Source: an uncultured bacterium (GTDB lineage: Bacteria > Patescibacteriota > Patescibacteriia > CAIQCM01). Taken from it: a stretch of DNA of 64,000 bases. The notes beneath the pieces were generated by a model. The model had not been told where the DNA came from. It made no database searches and saw nothing but the letters and a program-made list of their open reading frames with translations. Shown here one piece after another: positions 18,474 to 27,957 of the stretch (its first letter is position 1; each line of letters opens with the position of its first letter). The stretch lies in assembly GCA_963708045.1 (NCBI GenBank), contig OY970181.1, positions 131,740 to 195,739 on the forward strand, in the 5' to 3' direction. Position numbers and translations under genes: made by a program.

Positions 18474-19154
18474 TTAGCTGGCGGTGACGGAAAGAGTCAA
18501 GTTGAGATTGTAATCGCTAGCCGCCGGCTGTTCAGCGGGAATAGTTTGGCTAACCGTGACGCCAGAAAGCTTCCAGTCGCCAATATCATTAGAAGCCGCG
18601 GCGCCAGAGAGAATAGTGATACTATTCGTGGTTGTTTCAACAAAAGCCGAGGCCGATCCTTTGGTCACGCTCGTTATCGCACAAGAAGCACATTGACCAA
18701 CCGCCAACGTACCAACCGAAGGATCAATGCTCATCTGTCCTTTGAGGGTGTCGGTATCGGCGCCATCGGTACAACCAGCACCCGTCGGATCGTTAAAATC
18801 AAAATCAGTGCCGGCGCTATCCCAAAAAGCCGTTGGTGCCGAAGCAGCCAAAGTCACCGACCAACCACTGTCGGCGGCATCTGGATTTTTTACGTAAATC
18901 TGCTGAGTTGTAGTTCCCAAAGTTCCGGTTGAGCTTTGGCAAGAAAAACTAAACGTTTTCGCGGCCATCGCGACCGACGGACTCGCAACCGGCGCATAAG
19001 CGGCGTCAACAATATCAACCGACAAACTGCCGGCATTAATTGTCTGCGTAAAACTTGAGGTGGCGGAAGCTAAAACGTTTGCCCCGCTACCCAAGGCATT
19101 GGCCGCGACAAAGACGGCGACAAGGGCGATCTTTGCCCAATTATCTTTTTTCAT
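18474..19154 (-). CDS. WxL-like domain surface protein
   Basis: Signal peptide. Full-length homology to the C-terminus of 13108-16251. WxL-type motifs SGWSVTL and GDWKLSGVTV. Confidence 0.55.
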   Translation of the reverse strand: MKKDNWAKIALVAVFVAANALGSGANVLASATSSFTQTINAGSLSVDIVDAAYAPVASPSVAMAAKTFSFSCQSSTGTLGTTTQQIYVKNPDAADSGWSVTLAASAPTAFWDSAGTDFDFNDPTGAGCTDGADTDTLKGQMSIDPSVGTLAVGQCASCAITSVTKGSASAFVETTTNSITILSGAAASNDIGDWKLSGVTVSQTIPAEQPAASDYNLNLTLSVTAS

Positions 19155-19279
19155 AAAAATTTTGTTAATGTGAATATGTGATTATAGTTAGATAATATTA
19201 TACAACAGTATCACAAAACATTAAAAAAATATGGGGATAGATTTTTTAAAGCTTTTATGAAAACAAAAATGCACCATCT

Positions 19280-19849
19280 TTAATTTTGCCAACTTGCTCC
19301 GCCCGGCGTCCAAACCGCCCAGCGATAAGCGCCACGAATTGTGGCACCCCACGGCGCAGGATCGGCAAAAGGATCGGTAAGCGACAGCGTTCCTTCTGGC
19401 GTACAGGCGGCAACTATTTTATAATCAATGCCATCAGATTTGTACGCGTAACAACTCCACGATGGCGCACTGGTGCATTCGCCACGAGCCGATGTTGGAT
19501 TAACTTTATTTTCATTTGGATCGTGCGGAAGAACAGCCAAATAAGTTGGCGCCAGATCGGGAATCCAACCACCCGAACCAGTGTCACTTTTTGCCGTCCA
19601 GTTTCCTCCTTCGTTGCATATTCCCCAAAAAGCCGAGCCCGTCAATGGGTACCCAGCATGATCCGCATAATATAACTCCAATGCCTTAGCAATTTGTATA
19701 AGATTAGCCTTGCGCTGAGTATTTCGCGCGTTCATTCTTACCGAACTCAAAGACACAACCGCAATCATAGAAAGCAGTCCAATAATCGCGATCACGACAA
19801 GGAGTTCAACTAGAGTAAAGGCGCGACGGGGCATGACGGATAACATCAA
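19280..19849 (-). CDS. type IV pilin-like protein
   Basis: MPRRAFTLVELLVVIAIIGLLSMIAVVSL prepilin N-terminus. About 185 aa. Confidence 0.75.
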   Translation of the reverse strand: MMLSVMPRRAFTLVELLVVIAIIGLLSMIAVVSLSSVRMNARNTQRKANLIQIAKALELYYADHAGYPLTGSAFWGICNEGGNWTAKSDTGSGGWIPDLAPTYLAVLPHDPNENKVNPTSARGECTSAPSWSCYAYKSDGIDYKIVAACTPEGTLSLTDPFADPAPWGATIRGAYRWAVWTPGGASWQN

Positions 19850-19853
19850 ATGA

Positions 19854-20654
19854 CTAATGTTGCGTGTCTAATGTCGACGACGAAGCAAGAATTTGCGAAT
19901 ACGAAGACGATTCTTCGGCGTAGATTTTTTTAATTTCAGAAGCAGTTAGTGAGCGGTTAAAGATTCTAACGCTATCTATAAGGCCGCTAAAAAATGTAGC
20001 TCCGGCATATATTCCTATGCCGGCGCCAGAATAATTGGCATTATTCAGAGCGGACACAGTCCCCGACCCTGCTAAACCTCCGTCCAAATATACTGAATAA
20101 GAAGTTCCACTTTGGTCAATGACCAGCTGGTGCCAAGCATTTGTGCTTACGCTCCTAGAAACCGTCCCCACCGAAAGATTAATGTCCGGGTACCACGAAA
20201 TCGCGATATTGCTCACGCGTATCAGCGTCGACCTGTACGAAAATATAGGACGAGTTGCGGCGTCTGCGGGCTTGAACCAAAGAGAATACACGAGCGACGA
20301 CGCGGTTGTGTTCACATACGGTATGCTCACATAAGCCGTTGAACCATTGAACGACAGCGAACAGCCCTTGCCGCTCGGAGTATCGGTTGACCACACTGCT
20401 GCTCCGCCGACCAAGGTTCCATTCAACCCATTCCCACTGGTATCATTTGCCGTCGTACCGGAACATTCATCAAAATCCCATTGCGCGAAAATATCATCAC
20501 CTACAACGTGTTGAACCGATTGCTCATAAGAGATACCTTTCGCAAGCCGCGCCTTTTCCCTAGCCGTTGTTAGCGAAACAACCGCGATTGAAGAGAGTAG
20601 CCCAATAATCGCGATCACAACAAGAAGTTCAATTAGGGTAAAAGCACGTTTCAT
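19854..20654 (-). CDS. type IV pilin-like protein with LamG-like domain
   Basis: MKRAFTLIELLVVIAIIGLLSSIAVVSLTTAREKARLA...IDSVRIFNRSLTASEIKKIY. Confidence 0.75.
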   Translation of the reverse strand: MKRAFTLIELLVVIAIIGLLSSIAVVSLTTAREKARLAKGISYEQSVQHVVGDDIFAQWDFDECSGTTANDTSGNGLNGTLVGGAAVWSTDTPSGKGCSLSFNGSTAYVSIPYVNTTASSLVYSLWFKPADAATRPIFSYRSTLIRVSNIAISWYPDINLSVGTVSRSVSTNAWHQLVIDQSGTSYSVYLDGGLAGSGTVSALNNANYSGAGIGIYAGATFFSGLIDSVRIFNRSLTASEIKKIYAEESSSYSQILASSSTLDTQH

Positions 20655-20672
20655 TAACTTTTTTAAAAAAAA

Positions 20673-21491
20673 TTATTTATTAACCGCTGTTAACTTGCCC
20701 GGAAGTTCGGCCAAATACATTTGCCTAACATCCATTGCAGTCAATGCGTTACCAAAAAAATGAACAGAGTCAATAAACCCGACAAGCCCTTGGCTAAGAT
20801 AGCCTATCGCCACAAACCCACTAGCATTTAAATCGTTGGCACTTAAGGCGCTTATATCCGCGGAACCGCGCAGTTTGCTATCCAAATAAACATTCATTAT
20901 GTTAGCGCTTCTGTCTATAGACAATGCCAAAAAATGCCATACGCCATCATTATATTTTCCAGATGCATAAGCAACAATGCCCGTATTATGCAATACGCAG
21001 TCCACTGTACCAGATGATATACTTCCAATTTCACACATCATTCCATTGGCGTTACCGGCGTCGGATTTTCGCAACATTACTCCACGATCAGTTTGTGAAG
21101 TTTTAAACCAAAAAGTTCTGGTCGCGTTGCCGGTGCGGACATCCAAACTGTCGTTATCTGAAATTCTGACATAGCCCGTGGCGGTTGAAGCAAGCGACGT
21201 TCCACTTCCGCTCGGAGTATCCGTTGACCAAGTTGGTCCACCAACCAAAGTGCCGCTGTTCCCGTAATTAGAAGAATCAACAGTGGCCGTGCCCGACCCT
21301 TCGTCCAAGTCCCATTGCCCAACCAATGAATCCCCCTCGGCGCGATCAATTTGCGCAGCAAATTGTTTTGCCGCCGCAAGCCGCGCCTTTTCCCTAGCCG
21401 TTGTTAGCGAAACAACCGCGATTGTTGAAAGCAATCCGATAACTGCGATTACGACAAGGAGTTCAATTAGGGTAAAGGCGCGACGGTTCAT
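20673..21491 (-). CDS. type IV pilin-like protein with LamG-like domain
   Basis: MNRRAFTLIELLVVIAVIGLLSTIAVVSLTTAREKARLAAA...IDSVHFFGNALTAMDVRQMY. Confidence 0.75.
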   Translation of the reverse strand: MNRRAFTLIELLVVIAVIGLLSTIAVVSLTTAREKARLAAAKQFAAQIDRAEGDSLVGQWDLDEGSGTATVDSSNYGNSGTLVGGPTWSTDTPSGSGTSLASTATGYVRISDNDSLDVRTGNATRTFWFKTSQTDRGVMLRKSDAGNANGMMCEIGSISSGTVDCVLHNTGIVAYASGKYNDGVWHFLALSIDRSANIMNVYLDSKLRGSADISALSANDLNASGFVAIGYLSQGLVGFIDSVHFFGNALTAMDVRQMYLAELPGKLTAVNK

Positions 21492-21630
21492 ATTGATACA
21501 GTATCATTTTTGTTATGGTATATAAAATTGGCGCTCTTCGATTTTAATAGAGTTATTTGAAGAGATTCAGCGTAAAATCACAATCAAATTTTTAGTGTCT
21601 AAAAATTTTTTTAAAACTAACTGTAATATA

Positions 21631-22089
21631 TTACGTCCCGTTCGGGGAAATACAATAATTATAAACCGCACCGCCTGAGCAACCAGAATAATCATAGGCG
21701 TTTCCGGTTGCTTTTTCCATATTTGCACATAGAATATAGCGCGTTTTATTATCTATATTCTGGTATAAATAATCACCAATTTGGTTATGTTGAGTCGGGT
21801 CTAACGGAGTACGAGCCAAAAACGATACAATGTCCGACTGAAAACCCGCCCCGAGACCGCCCGCGGGGTTGGAAATGAACGTGCACCAGCCGGCGGAGTT
21901 GCGGGGCAAATAACTGTTGACATCGGCAAATAACTCAATCGCCTGCGAAATTTGCCGCAGGTCGGCCATTCGCTTGGCATCGCGAGCTTTTACTCGCGAA
22001 GCACTCAAAGATACGACCGCGATTGTTGAAAGCAGTCCGATAATCGCGATTACGACCAGAAGTTCAATTAGGGTAAAAGCCTGTTTCAT
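21631..22089 (-). CDS. type IV pilin-like protein (small)
   Basis: MKQAFTLIELLVVIAIIGLLSTIAVVSL. 152 aa. Confidence 0.75.
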   Translation of the reverse strand: MKQAFTLIELLVVIAIIGLLSTIAVVSLSASRVKARDAKRMADLRQISQAIELFADVNSYLPRNSAGWCTFISNPAGGLGAGFQSDIVSFLARTPLDPTQHNQIGDYLYQNIDNKTRYILCANMEKATGNAYDYSGCSGGAVYNYCISPNGT

Positions 22090-22205
22090 TTTATAAATAT
22101 TAAATACACCAGTCGTGCAGATTGATTTTATTATATCACTATCCCCGCAATAAAACTCAAAAAAATCTCCTCATTTTGTTGAGGTTTCGCCTCGACAAAA
22201 ATCTG

Positions 22206-22760
22206 TTAATTTCCCTGATGATCAACGTAGAGCATTGGACTCCTCGCGGGCGGGACGGTCGGACTAAACGGGTCGCAAAAATAATAACTGCCGTCTAAAT
22301 AAACATTATCCCTATAACCGCGCGATGCGCATCGGTCCGGATCAGATGTGTTTTCCAAATTAGCGATCAAATCATACTTACTACCGGATGCATTACTATA
22401 GTAAGCATAAGTAAAATTTCCTTGAAATGTCGGATCCGTAATATTCTTATTTATCGGGTCAGCGGGCAGAACAGTAATATAGGTTTGAAGCATTGTTTGC
22501 AAACTTAACCACCGCGCATTAGAGCAGGTGTCCAAATCGGTCGTGGCGCTGCAGGCCCAAGGAGATGCTACAACGGGAAAATGACCATTGTCGTCATAAT
22601 AAAGATCCAGAGCGAGTTTTATTTGCCGTAAATCAGACTTCCTTTTCACATCACGTGCCGCTATCCTGCTTTTATCCATTACAACAACCGCAATCGTTGA
22701 AAGGAGGCCGATGATCGCGATCACGACTAAGAGTTCAATTAAGGTAAAAGCGCGCTTCAT
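22206..22760 (-). CDS. type IV pilin-like protein (small)
   Basis: MKRAFTLIELLVVIAIIGLLSTIAVVV. 184 aa. Upstream region paralogous to that of 21631-22089. Confidence 0.75.
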   Translation of the reverse strand: MKRAFTLIELLVVIAIIGLLSTIAVVVMDKSRIAARDVKRKSDLRQIKLALDLYYDDNGHFPVVASPWACSATTDLDTCSNARWLSLQTMLQTYITVLPADPINKNITDPTFQGNFTYAYYSNASGSKYDLIANLENTSDPDRCASRGYRDNVYLDGSYYFCDPFSPTVPPARSPMLYVDHQGN

Positions 22761-23077
22761 TTTTATGAATAACTAGGATTAAATTTTTAATTTCTAGTTT
22801 GCAAAATACTCATTCCAGCGAATAATTATTATATCACTATTTCCACCAAAACCGCCGAGACACATCTTTTGTTGAAGGTTTCGCCTCGACCAAAATAGGC
22901 CAACCCCCTATGGAACCGAACATTCCAAAGGGGGTTTCTTTTTTATCACGACAATCTTTTTGCGATCGAGCAAAGATTGTATTAGATATGTCGAGGCGAA
23001 ACCTCGACAGGTAGAATATATTTTTTAAAAATATAAAACCGCCGTTTTGTCCTCGTCCTCGTGGACAATAACGGCGG

Positions 23078-23641
23078 TTATGGGTTTTGTTGCGGCGGCT
23101 TCTTTTTCATCAACTCTTGTTGCATATAATATTGAGTCCATCCGAGGACGCCGGCGCAACAATCAGGGTCACCGAGCGGCGGACGCGAATCAATGACGAT
23201 TCCAAAATATTTGTTTAGGTGTTGAAACGGCTGACCAAGGTCAATGACGTTTTTCCCGTCCGTGCTATTCCAAGCGTGAATGATTGGCGCGGCCGGACCA
23301 ATCATCAACCCCTCAACGTAAAAAATTCCTTCCGCTTGCGCTTTTAGGTAGCTGTTTTCGTAACAATGCCACGACTTTTGGAAGTAAGGCACAGGATTTG
23401 GCAACGGCCGAGGCGAAAATATTCTTGCCTTTGCAATTAACTCGTCGTCCCAGCCAAAGTCCGCGGCGTGTTCAATCATAAACTCGCGCGGACAAGGAAG
23501 ACTCGCCGAAATACGACGGAAAAGCGCTAGGTCTTCGCCCTCAAGCGAACAATATAGTTTTTCAATCCAACCCGGCGTTCGCCAACCCCGACAACTTTCA
23601 ATCCAACTACGGCCATAAAACTTATTTTCAAAGAGCTTCAT
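23078..23641 (-). CDS. hypothetical protein
   Basis: 187-aa ORF. No recognisable motif. Terminator-like hairpin AACCGCCGTT...AACGGCGGTT downstream. Confidence 0.45.
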   Translation of the reverse strand: MKLFENKFYGRSWIESCRGWRTPGWIEKLYCSLEGEDLALFRRISASLPCPREFMIEHAADFGWDDELIAKARIFSPRPLPNPVPYFQKSWHCYENSYLKAQAEGIFYVEGLMIGPAAPIIHAWNSTDGKNVIDLGQPFQHLNKYFGIVIDSRPPLGDPDCCAGVLGWTQYYMQQELMKKKPPQQNP

Positions 23642-23644
23642 CGT

Positions 23645-24586
23645 TCACCTCCTTTCTCGTCCAGATCTAAATATTCTTAGCATTTTTAGCATTTTTTGTC
23701 TACCTGCGCTACCCCCTGTACTAGACGGGTACATCGGTAACAAGTGCTCGTGCTTGTAGATGAAATTGATCGGTGACATATACCCCAGGGTTTGGTGCGG
23801 CCGACGGAAGTTGTATTCGATCAGCCACTCAGTGAGCCGTCGGTTGAATTCGGCGCAGTCGTCGGTCATGTTCCCGAGCTGAACAAACTCCTCTTGTAGG
23901 GTTCGGTTGAACCGTTCGTTCGTCGCGTTGTCCTTGGGTGTTTTGATCCGCGAATGATATTGGGGAATATTTAGAGCAAGACACGCGTCAGCAAACCGTC
24001 CCTTGAACTCGCTGCCGTTGTCATGCCCAACGTTCTCTATCTTCCCATCAACGAGATGATGGAGGCGATAAAGAAAATCGCGAGAATTTGATGAACTCTT
24101 TGACGTATACATCCGGGCAAAAGCTAGTTTAGAGTGTTTGTCAATGGCGGTGAAGATGAAACGCTTCTTGCTTTTCCAATAAATAACGACGGTATCGAGG
24201 CAGAGTAGAAACCCCGATCGTTTCTTGGTCTTGAGGTCGGTGATCTTCTTGCGTTTAACACTATTCTTTCGTTTTTTGTTGATCCTGGCTTGTTTTATTG
24301 GGTGGTAATAGAGACGGTACTTCTCAATAGTCTTCTGCACCTTCCACTCAGAAATGATCTCGTGATATTCTGTGTTATAGAGAGTGGCGATCTTCGCTTT
24401 TCCATAGCGGATATGCGTCCTCTTCAACGAAATGATTCGTTCAGCTTGGAGCGGGGTAATGGCCCGCTCTTTGCGTTTCTTGGGGGTACGATCAAGTTCT
24501 TCAAGGGTGCGGAGGTTGGCATCGTTAAAGCGTTTCTTCCATTTCCAAAAGGTCTTGGGGGCGATGCCAAAATGACGAGCCGTCAA
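23645..24586 (-). CDS. IS481-family DDE transposase (integrase core domain), main reading frame
   Basis: DTVVIYW...FTAIDKHSKLAFARMY...GHDNGSEFKG...NERFNRTLQEE...RRPHQTLGYMSP are rve-domain D-D-E blocks. N-terminal HTH partly in another frame. Confidence 0.75.
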   Translation of the reverse strand: MTARHFGIAPKTFWKWKKRFNDANLRTLEELDRTPKKRKERAITPLQAERIISLKRTHIRYGKAKIATLYNTEYHEIISEWKVQKTIEKYRLYYHPIKQARINKKRKNSVKRKKITDLKTKKRSGFLLCLDTVVIYWKSKKRFIFTAIDKHSKLAFARMYTSKSSSNSRDFLYRLHHLVDGKIENVGHDNGSEFKGRFADACLALNIPQYHSRIKTPKDNATNERFNRTLQEEFVQLGNMTDDCAEFNRRLTEWLIEYNFRRPHQTLGYMSPINFIYKHEHLLPMYPSSTGGSAGRQKMLKMLRIFRSGRERR

Positions 24587-24830
24587 AAGAGCGTTGCCGC
24601 CGTGCTCCTCGTGCCAAAGGAACCAATCTAGTCAACGTCTAGCGGGAACGGAGATGCCGATCAGGTCGGCGACGGCGCGAAGGCGCGCCCGACGCGATTT
24701 AGTTAAAACGATACCGGGTTTGAAATACCCGCCGGTGTGGAACCAACGAAGCGTATGATTGCTCATAGAAAGATGAGTTAGATGGGTAACAGTCTCATTT
24801 TAACCCCATTCGAGGAGTGTTACCGATGTA
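23730..24830 (-). mobile_element. IS481-family insertion sequence (about 1.1 kb) bounded by 13-bp inverted repeats TACATCGGTAACA
   Basis: Left IR 23730-23742 and right IR 24818-24830 are exact reverse complements. Encloses a DDE (rve) transposase. Lies 145 bp from tRNA-Ile. Confidence 0.7.
24632..24766 (-). pseudogene. N-terminal HTH segment of the IS481 transposase in a different frame (frameshift)
   Basis: MSNHTLRWFHTGGYFKPGIVLTKSRRARLRAVADLIGISVPARR*, then in the adjacent frame LDWFLWHEEHGGNALLTARHFGIAPK runs into the main ORF. Single-base frame change near 24600-24635. Confidence 0.5.
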
Positions 24831-24974
24831 TCTCATCTTCTCCACCCCCAACTGGCCATCTTGCGGCACTTGAAAGAAAATACTTTATTTGATATAAACT
24901 ATAGCAAAGGGGCGCGTCTGTCCCTTGTTGAATTTCCGGCGCAAGGCGCGTGATTCATAAAATTGAACTTTTGG

Positions 24975-25051
24975 TGGGCGCATAGCTCAGTTGGTTAGAG
25001 CGTTACACTGATAATGTAAAGGTCCCTGGTTCGAATCCAGGTGCGCCCACC
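24975..25051 (+). tRNA. tRNA-Ile (GAU), CCA encoded
   Basis: GGGCGCA acceptor, anticodon arm TTACA-CTGATAA-TGTAA, T-arm CCTGG-TTCGAAT-CCAGG, then CCA. Flanked by a ttttggtg/caccaaaa processing stem. Confidence 0.9.
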
Positions 25052-25173
25052 AAAAGTTTAAAAAATCTTATTAAAAATACCACCTTATATAAAGTGGTAT
25101 TTTTAATTTTAAAAACTTGATAATCATTAACTTTTGTGATAAAAAATACTTAACAAAGACTTGGGAGGGATCA

Positions 25174-25425
25174 ATGAAGATAAAAGTTTATACGGCTAAC
25201 GGCTTGCGTCGCGCCCTGGCTAGAGCAATTTTAAAAGCGGCTATTCACTGTCTGCGCTACGCGCCCGATTCAGATGCCGCCACAAAACATGTTTGGGCAA
25301 CGTACCGGTTCTTTCTCGCCACCTTTCCCGTGGAAACAGACTTTGCGACTTTTTCAAAAATGGTCGCGTCACACGTTGCCGAAGCAAATCAACGTTTTGG
25401 CACAAGCGGTTGCGTCACTTGTTAG
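25174..25425 (+). CDS. small hypothetical protein
   Basis: MKIKVYTANGLRRALARAILKA... preceded by GGGAGGG SD 6 nt upstream. ORF track starts earlier at 25117. Confidence 0.4.
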   Translation: MKIKVYTANGLRRALARAILKAAIHCLRYAPDSDAATKHVWATYRFFLATFPVETDFATFSKMVASHVAEANQRFGTSGCVTC

Positions 25426-25545
25426 TCCGCAACCCTCCGACCGCCAGGCTTCATGCCCGGCGGTCAAATTTTTAAAAAGGGGCGATGGCCTAAGCCACCG
25501 CCCCGAGAGAACCTCTTTAGATTACAAAACGCCAACCAAACACTA

Positions 25546-27774
25546 TCAGTAACCGGGTACGCTAATGAATGTTGCTGCCGTGAATCTAACCGCTGCCTGC
25601 CAATCCCCTCCTCCAACCACCAAATTAATCCGGTCAGGCGTCATACCACTATTGACCATGACCGAGAGATATTCACTGCCACTACTATTACAAGAGATTG
25701 GATAGTACGCCATCTCTGTTCCTGCGGTGATCTCCAGATAAGGTTGATTATAGCAAGTGATTGACGAGGTGGCGTAGTCAAACCATACCATCAACCATGC
25801 ACGGGTAAGAAACACGACTTGCAGACTATCAAGCAATTCCGTTCCAGTCACCGAAGAAGCTTGCATCCGCGGATCTTTCGGACGAGCGCCGATCAGACTT
25901 GGACAACCGTAAGTGCCAGGTGTTGCATCGCAGATCGTGTATGAACCGAAACAATTTCCGCCTGAACACGTGCCGTTGTTATTGCACGCCGAATTGCAGG
26001 CACCGCAACTGGCCGGATCGGTCATTAAGCTCTTACAACCGTTTGTGCAAGCGGTTTGCGTCGGATCTGCACAGATACAACTTGTCGTTGTCCCAGAAGT
26101 GATGCAGTTGCTACCGGCCGGGCAGGCGTTCCCGCACGACCCACAATTGCTATTACTGCTCTTTGTGTCCGTGCAGACACCGCAATCGGTGAGGCCACCG
26201 ATACACTTGCAGCTGCCAGAAACGCAGGCTTGGTCTCCTCGGCACGGCTTGCCACAGCCGCCACAGTTGGCGGTATCAACTTTCGTATCGTGGCATTGAT
26301 TATCGTTGCACTTTGTTGTTCCACCTTCGCAGACAATTCCACAAAGGCTGTTTGAGCAGATTGTCCCGTTTGGACACGGTTTGTTGCAGCCGCCGCAGTG
26401 GGCGGTGCTATTTTTAGTGTCCGCGCAGACGCCGCAATCAGTGAGGCCACCGATGCACTCGCAACTGCCGGAAACACAAGCTTGATCTGTGCGACATATC
26501 TTGCCACAAACGCCACAGTTGGCGCTTTCGGCTTGCAGGTTGTGACACTGCTCATCGCTACACTTCGTCGTTCCGGGTCCACAAACGGTTTGACACGAGA
26601 TACCGGACATTGGGTGATTTGGGTCGTAGACACAGGTCTTTCCCGGAGCGCACGTTTTTCCGCACTCCCCGCAGTTTGCGGGGTCGTGAAGGTAGTCCAC
26701 GCACGCATTTCCGCACAGCATCCTTGCAATCGGACATTGACATGTGCCGGCCGTGCATGATTGCGCGGCGAGACAAGCGTTTCCGCAAGTCCCACAATGC
26801 GTGTTGCTAGTCTGCGTATTAACGCAGGCGCCGCCACAGTCAACGAGGCCGTTTGCGCAGCCGCAAACGCCTGCGACACAATCTTCGTCCGCGCGGCAAG
26901 AGGTACTACACCCCCCGCAAAAACGCGGATCGTTTTTTGTGTCACGATAATTGCCATCGCAGAGAATTATGCCGTCGCCTGGAAGCGACTCGCAAACCCC
27001 CGCCGAGCAGTATTCGTTTAGAGCGCAAGTGCGGCCACAGGAGCCGCAGTGCGCCGGATTAAAGCGCACATCAATGCACGCTTCCGAACAAAGCAACAAA
27101 CTTCCCGGACAAGACGGCGCGTCGGGTAAAATAGATACATCGATAGAGGCATCTACGGCCACGAACTGAGCATCGGGAGGAGCGACGATTTGCGCGTCAG
27201 GAACTAAAATTGCGACTTCGGGTGCCGTGTCTTTTGGTTGAATAATGCCGACCTCGGTTTGGGAAATCAGCACCGTGTCACGAGACAAAACAACATCGGC
27301 AATTGCCGACGCGCCGTCGGTAACGACATCAATCACTATTTTTACGTCTTCCGACAACACCGCGTCGCGAGCAAGTGGTGTTTCTCTTCCCGCTTCAGGC
27401 ATCATTGCGACCGGTGAGTCACTCACGATGCCGGCGTCTTTTGTTGCTGCATCATTTTGAGCCACGGAAGCGTCGGGGATGATAGCCGCGTCGGTGTTGC
27501 AAGACAAACCGCTTAGACTGAAAATCCCGTTCACGCAGGTATACCTCGTGCAGTTGATGACGAAGGTTGCGCCCGAACCATAGGTGCTCGTTGAACCATT
27601 ATTAACGTTGGTCAAAACACAAACTTTGGCATCGGATAGCGCGTCTTTTGGCACAACCGGTGTTGCGACGGCCGCGTCAGTTAGCTTTGCTTTTCCACTA
27701 CCTCCGCACGCCCCGCCCAAGATTAGGCAAGCCGCGCTACTAACGAAAAACGAACAGATAATTCTTTGCCTCAT
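25546..27774 (-). CDS. secreted cysteine-rich repeat (lipo)protein
   Basis: Signal with lipobox-like LILGGAC. At least 10 tandem about 40-aa repeats of pattern C-x-G-G-L-T-D-C-G-V-C-x-D-T-K-x-x-x-x-H/N-C-G-x-C-G-x-x-C. SD GAAAGAGG before the 27774 ATG. Confidence 0.6.
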   Translation of the reverse strand: MRQRIICSFFVSSAACLILGGACGGSGKAKLTDAAVATPVVPKDALSDAKVCVLTNVNNGSTSTYGSGATFVINCTRYTCVNGIFSLSGLSCNTDAAIIPDASVAQNDAATKDAGIVSDSPVAMMPEAGRETPLARDAVLSEDVKIVIDVVTDGASAIADVVLSRDTVLISQTEVGIIQPKDTAPEVAILVPDAQIVAPPDAQFVAVDASIDVSILPDAPSCPGSLLLCSEACIDVRFNPAHCGSCGRTCALNEYCSAGVCESLPGDGIILCDGNYRDTKNDPRFCGGCSTSCRADEDCVAGVCGCANGLVDCGGACVNTQTSNTHCGTCGNACLAAQSCTAGTCQCPIARMLCGNACVDYLHDPANCGECGKTCAPGKTCVYDPNHPMSGISCQTVCGPGTTKCSDEQCHNLQAESANCGVCGKICRTDQACVSGSCECIGGLTDCGVCADTKNSTAHCGGCNKPCPNGTICSNSLCGIVCEGGTTKCNDNQCHDTKVDTANCGGCGKPCRGDQACVSGSCKCIGGLTDCGVCTDTKSSNSNCGSCGNACPAGSNCITSGTTTSCICADPTQTACTNGCKSLMTDPASCGACNSACNNNGTCSGGNCFGSYTICDATPGTYGCPSLIGARPKDPRMQASSVTGTELLDSLQVVFLTRAWLMVWFDYATSSITCYNQPYLEITAGTEMAYYPISCNSSGSEYLSVMVNSGMTPDRINLVVGGGDWQAAVRFTAATFISVPGY

Positions 27775-27957
27775 GCTACTACCTCTTTCTTTGTCAGAGA
27801 ACATTTATTTGGCTATTTTTAGCCAAATCAAAAACACGTCTTTCACGGCTTAAACATAGACCCGCACCTTAAGGATGTCAAGCAACCAAAAAAGAAATTT
27901 AAAATTCTTAACTATTATTAGCAACTGTGTTAAGGTAGCGGCCGAGAGGAGAAAACC

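Noticed and set aside
25899-27853. Many overlapping + and - strand ORFs (for example 26025-26957, 25913-26299, 26398-26760) across the Cys-rich repeat gene.
   Set aside because: They are GC-rich repetitive DNA read in the wrong frame or strand. The single long minus-strand frame with signal peptide and a coherent repeat unit explains the region.
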